Assembly (NCBI GenBank): GCA_964569295.1
Contig: CAZMVU010000001.1
Coordinates: forward strand, 20,559-84,558
From: an uncultured Nitrospirales bacterium
GTDB taxonomy: Bacteria; Hydrogenedentota; Hydrogenedentia; Hydrogenedentales; JAGMZX01
Direction of reading: 5' to 3'
DNA length: 64,000 nucleotides
Part shown: one piece after another, positions 1 through 9,221 of the stretch
How the letters are laid out: each line of letters begins with the position of its first letter
Position numbering within the stretch: the first letter of the stretch is position 1
Program-made: the position numbers and the translations under genes
The notes under the pieces: model-generated
What the model saw: only the letters and a program-made list of their open reading frames with translations
What the model was told of the DNA's origin: nothing
Database searches by the model: none

Positions 1-330
1 ACCGACCAGAGCGCGGAGAAGGAAGTCATCGGACCGGAGGTGCTCACCCGCGATGGACATTGCACTTACGGCCCCAAAGGCGAGTGGATTCTCACAGACA
101 CATACCCGGACAGCGAGCGTATGCAGCACCTCATGCTTTATCGCCCGTCGGATAACAAACTGGTGAAGCTGGGCAAATTCTACCATCCGCGCGTGTCCGA
201 CAATGAATGGCGCACCGATTTGCACCCGCGCTGGGATCGTAAAGGCAAGTACGTGTGCATCGATTCACTGTGCAGCGGCCAACGCCAACTCTATCTCATC
301 GACGTGGGCAGCGTGCTGGCGGAAGAATAG
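1..330 (+). CDS. C-terminal fragment of a hypothetical protein (5' end outside window); possibly beta-propeller/oligogalacturonide-lyase-like
   Basis: ORF runs off the left edge. C-terminal motif ...DLHPRWDRKGKYVCIDS... resembles TolB/Ogl-type propeller ends. Stop TAG at 328-330, 11 nt before the next gene. Confidence 0.4.
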   Translation, partial: TDQSAEKEVIGPEVLTRDGHCTYGPKGEWILTDTYPDSERMQHLMLYRPSDNKLVKLGKFYHPRVSDNEWRTDLHPRWDRKGKYVCIDSLCSGQRQLYLIDVGSVLAEE

Positions 331-341
331 GCCGCGCCGGA

Positions 342-1127
342 ATGCGGCCACGGATGCAACAGAAATCCGACATCCCCCCCGGTTTCACCGCGCTCGAACG
401 CGGCGCGCGCCGGTACATCGTTGCTGCGGCGCATACAGAGGCCGTGGCCAATGCGTTGGATGCGGCCTTGGATGGAGCAGGCAAACATCCGGGCGGCCGC
501 GGCGCCATGGTGCGGCACGATTATGCGGAAGGCGTGATCATTGCACGTTGCGCCCGCCGGGGGGGCATGATACGTTTTATGATGCGGGATCGCTTCGTGC
601 GCAACCGGCCGCGCGAAGAGTTTCGGATACACCAACAAGCCGCTGCGGCGGGGCTGCCGGTGGCACCGCCTTTGGGGGGGTGCTGGACGCGCGTCAAGCC
701 GTTCTATGCCGGCGCCATGGCCACACAGGCCCTCTCGGCAACGGAGTTGCTCGAAGTGTTGCGCGCGGAGCCGGGGCGTGCCATGGGCCTGCTGAACGCG
801 GTGGGGTCCGTCACCCGGCGTATGCATGACGCGGGCATTTATCATGGAGACTTGCAGGTGCGCAATATTCTGTGTAGGGGGGCGGATGTGTATCTCATCG
901 ATTTCGACAAAGCACGGCACTATAAGGCGGTGCCGCCTGTGCGGCGTGCGATGAACCTGTACCGGCTGCGGCGTTCGCTCGAGCGGCACGGCTTCCCGCC
1001 GGCGTATTTCACACACGTATGCGCCGGCTATGGCGTTGCGCCGCGGGTGGCCTGGCTCGACATGCTCTACCGGCTGCGAGGTTGGCGGCGGCAAGGCCGC
1101 ATGCCGGGAGATTCCCCGCATGTCTGA
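342..1127 (+). CDS. Lipopolysaccharide kinase family protein (Kdo kinase KdkA/InaA-like)
   Basis: Internal ATG at 342 (MRPRMQQ) in ORF 255-1127. Motifs YHGDLQVRNIL and YLIDFDKA match the Kdo/LPS-kinase catalytic loop and DFD-like motif. Confidence 0.6.
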   Translation: MRPRMQQKSDIPPGFTALERGARRYIVAAAHTEAVANALDAALDGAGKHPGGRGAMVRHDYAEGVIIARCARRGGMIRFMMRDRFVRNRPREEFRIHQQAAAAGLPVAPPLGGCWTRVKPFYAGAMATQALSATELLEVLRAEPGRAMGLLNAVGSVTRRMHDAGIYHGDLQVRNILCRGADVYLIDFDKARHYKAVPPVRRAMNLYRLRRSLERHGFPPAYFTHVCAGYGVAPRVAWLDMLYRLRGWRRQGRMPGDSPHV

Positions 1128-1959
1128 TCCGCGTTGCCGTCCGGAAATCGTGCGTCTTCGCCATGGCATTCGCACGTGGTATCTTCCCCCCGATCAATCC
1201 CTCGCCGGCATGGAGGCCGCCGTGGCCCAGCCGGGGGACGTGCTCAAGGAATCGCACAAGACCCGGGTGCGCCGTGTGGGCGATTGGGTTGTAAAGGAGA
1301 GCCGAGCGCCGTGGCCGGCCGCCATGGCCAAGCATACTTTCCGGCGCAGCCGTTACCGGCAAGGTTGGCTAGCGGCGCACTTTCTGGCGGCGCACGGAGT
1401 GGGGGTGGCCGCGCCTATGGCGTATGCGGAGGATGGCTTCGGTGGCATATTGCTGGGCAATGTACTGGTGTCGCGTCATCTCGCGGACTGCGTCAATGTC
1501 CAAGCATACCTGCACAAGCTCATCGCGCGGCACGCTTCCCCCGCGGTATTCACGGCGTTCTTTGCGGCGTTGGCCGAGGCGGTGAACCACTTGACTGGAA
1601 CGGGCGCCTACCACAGCGACTTAGCCGGGAAAAACATTCTTACGCAAGACGGCCGCACGTTCTACTTCATCGACCTCGATGCGGTAGTGTTGTCTTCCGA
1701 GTACACGGCCGCGCGGCGCCTGCGGAACCATGTACAGCTCTACAGCTCTTTTTGCACCTCCGTAAGCGACCACCTGCTGACACCCTTTATCGTGCGGATG
1801 CTCCCCGGTTCCATCGACCCGCGCGTGTGGATGCCGCAGGTGCGCGCCGGCCAGCGTGACCGCCGTGCCCACAGCATAAAGCGGCGCCAGAAGCAAGGCC
1901 TTCCGTCTCTACACAACGATGGTGGCGAGCACCGTGCCGGCGGCGTCGGTAAAAACTAG
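1120..1959 (+). CDS. Second lipopolysaccharide kinase family paralog
   Basis: ATG at 1120 (MSDPRCRPEIV) in ORF 1030-1959. Motifs YHSDLAGKNIL and YFIDLDAV are kinase-like. Overlaps upstream paralog by 8 nt, so translationally coupled tandem paralogs. Confidence 0.55.
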   Translation: MSDPRCRPEIVRLRHGIRTWYLPPDQSLAGMEAAVAQPGDVLKESHKTRVRRVGDWVVKESRAPWPAAMAKHTFRRSRYRQGWLAAHFLAAHGVGVAAPMAYAEDGFGGILLGNVLVSRHLADCVNVQAYLHKLIARHASPAVFTAFFAALAEAVNHLTGTGAYHSDLAGKNILTQDGRTFYFIDLDAVVLSSEYTAARRLRNHVQLYSSFCTSVSDHLLTPFIVRMLPGSIDPRVWMPQVRAGQRDRRAHSIKRRQKQGLPSLHNDGGEHRAGGVGKN

Positions 1960-2781
1960 CCGAAGGCGCTCGAATTCGCCGGCCATGTCCCGCAACGCGG
2001 CGGCATCCAGCCGCAGTTCCGTCTGCATGAGCGGCTGCACGGTGATGTATTGCCGCCGCTCGAAGTTACGTCCTTCGTGGTACCATGCCGCCTGCGTCTG
2101 TCCAACGAGTACAAAACGCTCCTGACCCGGTGCGCGAACGTACACCTCCACGCCATAGGCCGGCATGTCGCTGCCGGTCATGGCAGTTTTGCTGGCGGCG
2201 GGCACATAGAGGCGGATAGGCGACGTGGTGCCATTCTCGCAGCCCACAAGTACGATGGCTTCATCCGCCGGCAAGGTGTAGGCGCCGAACTGTACCCCGG
2301 CCCCCGGCTTGTGCATGGCAAAGGTAACGGCCACCGCAAGCACAAGCAACAAGGCGGTTGCGCCGAGCAGTTGGAGGTTGGCGCGGGTTAGGCTGAATTC
2401 GCCTGGCGCAGTTTTATCAAATACGGGGTAGTGCTCGATCGCGTGGTCTTCAAACCCGCCCAGATCCGCCGCGGTCCTGGCAGACGCCACCCGGTTCAGA
2501 CTGGCGGCATCCGCACGGCAATTCGCAAGAAGCCGGTCGATGGGCCCCGTACCAATACCTTTCCGCCGCCACGCAAGCAGCCGTTGTATCTGGCGGCCAC
2601 GGCGTGCCAGCTTGCGTTGCGCCCGGCCGCGCAGCTTGGCCAATTCCGCGCGCGCGCGCTGCTGGTGCCCGAGATAGGCTGTACGCAGGGAGGCATAGCG
2701 CGCAAGATCGATATTGCCCGCGTTTCGATCGTGTTCTGCGGCAAGCAACAGATAGCGCACCTGCTCTTCGTAGGAGAGCAT
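1909..2781 (-). CDS. Hypothetical single-pass membrane protein (cytoplasmic coiled-coil N-terminus, one TM, periplasmic C-domain)
   Basis: Internal Met (MLSYEEQVRYLL) at 2781 chosen to avoid overlap with pyrG, leaving a 29 nt gap. TM segment LLGATALLLVLAVAVTFAM. No recognisable family. Confidence 0.4.
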   Translation of the reverse strand: MLSYEEQVRYLLLAAEHDRNAGNIDLARYASLRTAYLGHQQRARAELAKLRGRAQRKLARRGRQIQRLLAWRRKGIGTGPIDRLLANCRADAASLNRVASARTAADLGGFEDHAIEHYPVFDKTAPGEFSLTRANLQLLGATALLLVLAVAVTFAMHKPGAGVQFGAYTLPADEAIVLVGCENGTTSPIRLYVPAASKTAMTGSDMPAYGVEVYVRAPGQERFVLVGQTQAAWYHEGRNFERRQYITVQPLMQTELRLDAAALRDMAGEFERLRLVFTDAAGTVLATIVV

Positions 2782-2809
2782 CCTGCGTGTCCTGGCATGG
2801 AGCGTCTCG

Positions 2810-4441
2810 TTATTCACGGCTTTCACGCTGTTCGAGAGCAGCGCGCACAAATTCGCGGAAAAGCGGCTGCGGTTCGAGGGGGGTGCTCTTGAATTCCGGG
2901 TGGAACTGGGAGGCACAGAACCAGGGATGGTCCCGCAGTTCCATGATCTCTACCAGGTCATGGTCGCCCATCGGGTGTTTGCCGCTCACGACCATGCCGC
3001 CCGCATTCACCAGTTCGTCGAGGTAGGCGTTGTTGAACTCGTAGCGGTGGCGGTGCCGTTCGAAGATGGTCGCCTGACCGTATGCGGCCCGGGCGATGGT
3101 GTCGGGCGTGAGATTACACCGGTACGCGCCCAGGCGCATGGTGCCGCCCATGTCCCTGACCCCGCGCTGTTCCGTCAGCAGCGAAATGACCGGGTGTTGC
3201 GCCTCGGGCTCGAACTCGGTAGAGGTCGCGCCGTCGAGTCCGAGTACATGGCGGGCCAACTCGATAACGGCGATCTGCATGCCCAGGCAAATGCCGAAGT
3301 ACGGCCGTTTGTGCTCCCGGGCATAGCGCACCGCGGCCACCTTCCCCCCCACGCCGCGCGTGCCAAAGCCCGGCCCCACGAGAATGCCGTCGTATACATC
3401 GAGCACGGGCGCGGGGTCTTGTCCGTCTTCGAATTGGTCCGACTCGACCCAGTCGAGGCGCACCCGGCAGTCGTTGTGAATGCCGGCATGTACGAAGGCC
3501 TCGTTGATGCTCTTGTAGGCGTCTTCGTGGCCGGTGTATTTTCCCACCGCCGCAATACGCACTTCCTTGGTGGCCGCCATAAGGCGTGCGACCATGGCGG
3601 TCCATTCGGTGAGGTCGCTGGGCGGCGCTTCCATATTGAACAGGTTCAGCACCACTTCGTCGAGACGTTGCTTGTGGAAATTGAGGGGGATGGCGTACAG
3701 CGGCGAGATGTCTTCCGCGCTGATGATCGCCTCATCCGGCACGTCGCAGAAGAGCGCCACCTTGCGGCGCTGCTCCGGTGCGAGCGAGTGGCTGCCTGTG
3801 CGGCAAACGATGAGATTCGGCTGGATGCCGATCTGGCGCAGGGTCTGCACGCTGTGCTGCGTGGGTTTGGTCTTCAACTCACCCGCTGCCTCGATGAAGG
3901 GTACCAGGGTTACATGGATAAAGCAGCAGTTCGGCGGGCCCACCTCGAGCCGGAACTGGCGCAAAGCCTCGAGAAACGGCAGCGACTCGATGTCGCCCGC
4001 TGTTCCTCCGATCTCGACGATGGCAAAGTCCGCATCGTCTTCCGGCTCCGAGGTGAGCATGCGAATACGCGACTTGATAGCGTCGGTGATGTGCGGTATC
4101 ACCTGGACGGTCTTGCCCAAATACTCGCCGCGGCGCTCCTTCTGGATTACGCCGTTGTAGATGCCGCCTGTGGTGGCGTTGGACTTCTGCGATAGCTGGG
4201 CATGGGTAAAACGCTGGTAGTGGCCAAGGTCAAGGTCGGTCTCGGCGCCATCATCAGTGACGAATACCTCGCCATGCTCGTAGGGGTTCATCGTGCCGGG
4301 GTCAACGTTGATGTAGGGATCGAGCTTCATCATGGCCACCTTGAAGCCCCGCGCTTCAAGCAGCATGCCGAGGCTCGCCGACAACACGCCCTTTCCAATC
4401 GACGAAACGACCCCCCCCGTAGTGAATACATATTTCGGCAT
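2810..4441 (-). CDS. pyrG: CTP synthase
   Basis: 543 aa; N-terminus MPKYVFTTGGVVSSIGKG... and glutamine amidotransferase C-domain (GICLGMQ) are diagnostic. Confidence 0.95.
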   Translation of the reverse strand: MPKYVFTTGGVVSSIGKGVLSASLGMLLEARGFKVAMMKLDPYINVDPGTMNPYEHGEVFVTDDGAETDLDLGHYQRFTHAQLSQKSNATTGGIYNGVIQKERRGEYLGKTVQVIPHITDAIKSRIRMLTSEPEDDADFAIVEIGGTAGDIESLPFLEALRQFRLEVGPPNCCFIHVTLVPFIEAAGELKTKPTQHSVQTLRQIGIQPNLIVCRTGSHSLAPEQRRKVALFCDVPDEAIISAEDISPLYAIPLNFHKQRLDEVVLNLFNMEAPPSDLTEWTAMVARLMAATKEVRIAAVGKYTGHEDAYKSINEAFVHAGIHNDCRVRLDWVESDQFEDGQDPAPVLDVYDGILVGPGFGTRGVGGKVAAVRYAREHKRPYFGICLGMQIAVIELARHVLGLDGATSTEFEPEAQHPVISLLTEQRGVRDMGGTMRLGAYRCNLTPDTIARAAYGQATIFERHRHRYEFNNAYLDELVNAGGMVVSGKHPMGDHDLVEIMELRDHPWFCASQFHPEFKSTPLEPQPLFREFVRAALEQRESRE

Positions 4442-4912
4442 GGCGCGATCCTCCCTCCGCGCTCAGCGCGGCACAACGTCCCCGGTTTGAAGCGAGCTGG
4501 GGCGGAATGCCCCGACAGTATATGGCGCGAACAGTAGAGATTCATGCAGGGCGCAGCATAATGGCCTGCGGGCATAAACATCCGCAACGGCGGAACAAGC
4601 CGCGGCGTAGCGGGAGAATTCCCGTGCGCGCGTGGACTGCCCGATCCGGGCCGGCGGATACGGTCTCATGATGCAACGCTTCCCCTGCGTAAGCGAACGC
4701 CTAACCCTGAACAATAACACGGGTTAGAAGAAGAGGAGGTGGGGTTCCCGTTCTCTAACGGGACTTAAACCTACCACATCAACGCCCACGAATGCAATGC
4801 AAAAGTGCTGCTTAAAATGCGCAATACTGCAACTTTATAAGACCATATCCAACACACTGCGCAACGAATTACCCTTCGCCACGCCGCATCGGTTACACTG
4901 TACCCACACTTT

Positions 4913-6847
4913 ATGGTCGACAAGAACCACAGAATTCGGCACGATTTTTCCCTGATCTCTCAGGACGACGTGTATTTAATGGGTGAAGGGAGCCATTTCC
5001 GCCTTTACGACAAGCTGGGGGCCCGCACTGCCCATGCCCCCGACAAGACGCCGGGCACCTACTTTGCCGTGTGGGCGCCGGGCGCGCGGCAGGTCAACGT
5101 GATGGGCGACTTCAATGGCTGGGCGCCGGAGGCGCACCCCTTGCGGCGGCGTGACGGCGGTGGCGGTATTTGGGAGGGGTTTGTAACACAGCTCGGTCCC
5201 GGCGAGGGCTACAAGTACCACATCTTCGGGCGCGAGGACGGCTACCGTATGGACAAGGCGGATCCGTTCGGCGTGCGCCATGAAACGCCGCCCAGGACGG
5301 CCTCCGTCGTGTGGGGACTCGACTACGCCTGGCAGGATGCGGCATGGATGGCGGAGCGGCATAAGCACAACCACCGCGAGGCGCCCATCACCCTTTATGA
5401 GGTGCACCTCGGCTCCTGGCTGCGCGACCCGCAACACCCGGACCGGTTCCTTCCTTATGGCGAACTGGCGCCCCGGCTGGCCGACTACGTGCGCGAGGCG
5501 GGGTTTACGCATGTGGAATTCATGCCGGTCATGGAGCACCCGTTCTATGGATCGTGGGGGTACCAGGCCACGGGCTACTTCGCCCCGACCAGCCGCTATG
5601 GGATCCCCCAGGATTTCATGTACCTGGTGGATTACCTGCATCAGTGCGGCATCGGCGTCGTGTTGGACTGGGCCCCGGGCCACTTCCCGGATGATGCGCA
5701 CGGCCTGGCCTACTTTGATGGCACGCATTTGTTCGAGGACGCGGATCCGCGACGGGGCGTGCACCCGGACTGGAACAGCTTCATTTTCAACTATAGCCGC
5801 AAGGAGGTGCAGAGCTTCCTGTTGAGCAGCGCCTTGTTCTGGGCGGAGAAGTACCATGTGGACGGACTGCGCGTGGACGCGGTCACCTCGATGCTGCGGC
5901 TGGATTACTCGCGCAAGGAAGGCGCGTGGCTCCCGAATGAACATGGTGGCCCCGAAAACCTCGAGGCCATCGCTTTTCTGCGCCGGTTCAACAGCGAGAT
6001 GTATGCGCACCACCCCGATGTGCAGACTTTCGCGGAAGAAGCCACCGCCTGGCCCATGGTTTCCCGGCCAACTTATGTGGGCGGACTCGGCTTTGGCTTC
6101 AAATGGGACATGGGGTGGATGAACGACACGTTGACCTACTTCGAGACGGACCCCGTGCACCGTAAAGGCCGGCATGACAAAGTCACGTTTCGCCCCGTGT
6201 ACGCCTTCAATGAAAGCTTCGTATTGCCCCTCTCCCACGACGAGGTGGTGTACGGCAAAAACTCGCTTCTGGGACGAATGCCGGGCGACGACTGGCAGCG
6301 CTTCGCCAACCTGCGGCTGTTGTTTGGCAACCAGTATCTGCAACCCGGTAAGAAATTGGTGTTCATGGGCTGCGAATTCGGTCAGTGGAAGGAATGGGCC
6401 CACGATGGAGCGTTGGACTGGCCGCTCCTGGATTACGAGACGCATGCCGGCGTATTGCGTTGGGTGCGTGATCTCAATACCTTTTACCGCCAGGAACCCA
6501 GCCTGCACGCCATGGATCTCGATCAGGCGGGGTTCGCCTGGGTGGACTGTCTGGACAACGAAAACAGCGTGCTTGGTTTCTTGCGGATGCACCCGCCCAC
6601 AGGCAGCCTCGTGCTGGCTGTTTTCAACCACACCCCCATGCCCCGGCTAGGGTATCGCATGGGCGTACCCCGCAAGGGGCGCTGGACAGAAGTGCTCAAC
6701 AGCGACGCCGCCCTCTACGGCGGTGCGGGTCACGGAAACATGGGCGGTTGTAACGCGGAAGACACACCCAGCCACCAGCACGCGTATTCCCTCAACCTCC
6801 ATTTGCCGCCGCTCGGTTGTCTGGTGTTCAAGAATGTAGTATCGTAA
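4913..6847 (+). CDS. glgB: 1,4-alpha-glucan branching enzyme (GH13)
   Basis: 644 aa; conserved GlgB N-terminus (HFRLYDKLGA, VWAPGARQVNVMGDFNGW) and GH13 catalytic regions (GLRVDAV, FMGCEFGQ). Confidence 0.9.
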   Translation: MVDKNHRIRHDFSLISQDDVYLMGEGSHFRLYDKLGARTAHAPDKTPGTYFAVWAPGARQVNVMGDFNGWAPEAHPLRRRDGGGGIWEGFVTQLGPGEGYKYHIFGREDGYRMDKADPFGVRHETPPRTASVVWGLDYAWQDAAWMAERHKHNHREAPITLYEVHLGSWLRDPQHPDRFLPYGELAPRLADYVREAGFTHVEFMPVMEHPFYGSWGYQATGYFAPTSRYGIPQDFMYLVDYLHQCGIGVVLDWAPGHFPDDAHGLAYFDGTHLFEDADPRRGVHPDWNSFIFNYSRKEVQSFLLSSALFWAEKYHVDGLRVDAVTSMLRLDYSRKEGAWLPNEHGGPENLEAIAFLRRFNSEMYAHHPDVQTFAEEATAWPMVSRPTYVGGLGFGFKWDMGWMNDTLTYFETDPVHRKGRHDKVTFRPVYAFNESFVLPLSHDEVVYGKNSLLGRMPGDDWQRFANLRLLFGNQYLQPGKKLVFMGCEFGQWKEWAHDGALDWPLLDYETHAGVLRWVRDLNTFYRQEPSLHAMDLDQAGFAWVDCLDNENSVLGFLRMHPPTGSLVLAVFNHTPMPRLGYRMGVPRKGRWTEVLNSDAALYGGAGHGNMGGCNAEDTPSHQHAYSLNLHLPPLGCLVFKNVVS

Positions 6848-7095
6848 CCGGGTTGGCAGGGTTGCCCGACCCCCACGACCCGAGCGGCATTGCCGAATTG
6901 GGGGATTGCGCAGGCGCAGGGCATTTCTTTTGGGTGTGTGTGACAAACAGTGTGTGCGAGAGCGCCGGCATGTGTCTTTCCGGTTTGACGCCGTTGGCAA
7001 CCCCTGGCGCCGGCGCCCTTGAGCGCCTGCCGCGCATGCCCCTGACGGCGCGTGGCTTCGCCCCTGCAACCCCCGGATAGCGAAAAGGTTCTTCT

Positions 7096-9057
7096 ATGCC
7101 CGAAGGCGGACTCATCGACTCAGCTTGGCTCGAGAAGCACAGCCGGACCACCCTCAACCGGCTTCTTCCGCGACTCGAGGCAAACTATGCGCACAAAGTC
7201 GAGCGTGATGAGTGGGAAGGCTTTGTGCAACGCCTGCGCACGCACGTGGGAGGACTCTTCTCGTGCCTTTACAGCTTGTACGGCAGCCACTACGATTTCT
7301 TCTTCCACCTGGAGAGCATTCTATCGTCGGCCACGGCCATGTGGATCGCGCGTCCCAATGAACTCAAGGCGCTCGACGCCATGCGCGAAGGGGACCGCTA
7401 CTGGCACCAGTCGCACCGGATGGTTGGGGCCATGTGTTACACACGCTTCTTCTCCGGTGATTTGCCAGGACTGATCGAGCGGATTCCCTATCTGACGGAA
7501 CTCGGCATCACCTACCTGCATCTCATGCCGCCTTTCCGCGTGCCCGAGGGCGACAACGATGGCGGCTATGCGGTGAGCAGCTACCGCGAGGTCAACCCGG
7601 AGTTGGGAACCATCGACGATCTGCGCCGGCTCTCCGCGGAGTTGCGCCGGTGCGGGATTTCGCTGGCACTGGACTTCGTGTTCAACCACACGGCCGACGA
7701 GCACGAGTGGGCCCAGAACGCACTCGCGGGGGATCCGGATTCCCAGGAGTACTACCATATGTTCCCGGACCGCACCATGCCCGACGCGTATGAGCGCAGC
7801 ATTGCGGCGGTGTTTCCCGATGAGCATCCGGGGTGCTTCACCTACCGCAACCGTATTCGCAAGTGGGTTTGGACCTCGTTCTATAATTACCAGTGGGATC
7901 TCAACTACGCGAATCCCGCCGTCTTCACCCGCATGATCGAGGAGATGCTCTTCCTCGCCAATTGCGGCGTGGAGATTCTCCGGCTCGATGCGGTGGCTTT
8001 CGTGTGGAAACGCCTCGGCACAGGCTGCCAGAACCTGCCGGAAGCGCACACGATCGTGCGCGCCTTCAATGCCATCCGGAAGATCGTCGCACCGGCCATG
8101 GTGTTCAAGTCCGAGGCCATCGTGCATCCGGACGAGGTGAAGAAGTACATCAGCGAGGAGGAGTGCGAGCTCTCCTACAACCCGCAACTCATGGCGCTGT
8201 TGTGGGACGCAGTGGCCACACGGGACATCCGTGTGCTGCGTGGCGCCATGATCAAGCGGTTCGAAATACCCTGGGGCTGCACGTGGGTCAATTATGTGCG
8301 GTGCCACGACGATATCGGCTGGGGCTTCGCCGATGACGACATCGCGGACGTGGGCTTCGACCCGGCCGAGCACCGCAAATTCCTCACCCACTTTTACACT
8401 GGCCGGTTCCCGGGCTCCTTTGCGCGCGGGGCGCCGTTTCAGGAGGATGCCGCTGGCCTGGCGCGGGTCTCAGGTACCTGCGCTTCGCTCCTGGGCCTCG
8501 AGAAGGCCCTCGATGAAGACGACGCCGGGGAGCAGGAGCTCGCCATCCGCCGCATCCTTCTGCTCCATGGCATCATCATGACCATCGGCGGCATTCCGCT
8601 CCTATACCTCGGCGACGAACTGGGTACGCTGAACGACTACACCTACGAGAACGACCCCGATAAACTGGGCGACAGCCGATGGCTGCACCGTTCCGACTTT
8701 CGCTGGGAAAAGGCTGAACGGCGCCACGACTTCGACTGTGTACCGGGGCGCATCTACGAGGGCTTACAGCGTATCGTACAACTGCGCCACCAGCACCTCG
8801 CCTTCACCCGCGCGGAAACGGAAATCGTGGACACGGGCAACCGCCATGTGTTCGGCTACTTCCGCACCCACGAGAATCACAATGCCTTCTGCCTCGCCAA
8901 TTTCAGTGAACACGCGCAACCCATCGAAGCGCGCCGCCTGCGGCAACTCGGGCTGCGCCGCACCATGATCGACCTGGTTTCCGGCCGAACCACGGTGGCC
9001 GCACGCGAGCTTACCCTCGAACCATATCAATTCATGGTACTCGGCTTCTCGCGGTAA
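7096..9057 (+). CDS. Amylosucrase-like GH13 sucrose-utilising glucosyltransferase
   Basis: 653 aa, strongly similar throughout to Neisseria amylosucrase as I recall it (LGITYLHLMPPF, GGYAVSSYREVNP, FVFNHT, WDLNYANP, EILRLDAVAFVWK, NYVRCHDDIGW, LYLGDELG). Confidence 0.85.
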   Translation: MPEGGLIDSAWLEKHSRTTLNRLLPRLEANYAHKVERDEWEGFVQRLRTHVGGLFSCLYSLYGSHYDFFFHLESILSSATAMWIARPNELKALDAMREGDRYWHQSHRMVGAMCYTRFFSGDLPGLIERIPYLTELGITYLHLMPPFRVPEGDNDGGYAVSSYREVNPELGTIDDLRRLSAELRRCGISLALDFVFNHTADEHEWAQNALAGDPDSQEYYHMFPDRTMPDAYERSIAAVFPDEHPGCFTYRNRIRKWVWTSFYNYQWDLNYANPAVFTRMIEEMLFLANCGVEILRLDAVAFVWKRLGTGCQNLPEAHTIVRAFNAIRKIVAPAMVFKSEAIVHPDEVKKYISEEECELSYNPQLMALLWDAVATRDIRVLRGAMIKRFEIPWGCTWVNYVRCHDDIGWGFADDDIADVGFDPAEHRKFLTHFYTGRFPGSFARGAPFQEDAAGLARVSGTCASLLGLEKALDEDDAGEQELAIRRILLLHGIIMTIGGIPLLYLGDELGTLNDYTYENDPDKLGDSRWLHRSDFRWEKAERRHDFDCVPGRIYEGLQRIVQLRHQHLAFTRAETEIVDTGNRHVFGYFRTHENHNAFCLANFSEHAQPIEARRLRQLGLRRTMIDLVSGRTTVAARELTLEPYQFMVLGFSR

Positions 9058-9110
9058 AATGCCGCGTGCCGCACCTCCTTGCGCATGGCGTGCAGTAATC
9101 AGGGCTTTTG

Positions 9111-9173
9111 GCCGTATGGGGCAAGGCGGCGCACTTGCTTCGCCAATTTGTCCCATGATAGCGCAAACCAGCG
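9111..9173. repeat. 63-nt conserved noncoding element, copy 1 (second copy at 28009-28071)
   Basis: Ungapped alignment of gccgtatggGgcaaggCggcgcacttgCttcgccaatTtgtcccAtgaTagcgCaaAccagcg with copy 2: 55/63 identical, no indels. Sits between convergent amylosucrase and sulfatase-like genes. Confidence 0.5.
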
Positions 9174-9221
9174 GAAGATCGAGGCAGCGATGCCGCTAAT
9201 GGGTTATCTACCCAATTACAA

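Noticed and set aside
2900-4195. 431-aa ORF on plus strand
   Set aside because: Entirely antisense to the unambiguous pyrG. Composition is Arg/Ala/Val-rich with no motifs, as expected for a spurious GC-rich antisense ORF.
4976-6631. 551-aa ORF on minus strand
   Set aside because: Antisense to glgB, with no recognisable domains; a high-GC artefact.
7321-8391. 356-aa ORF on minus strand
   Set aside because: Antisense to the amylosucrase gene.
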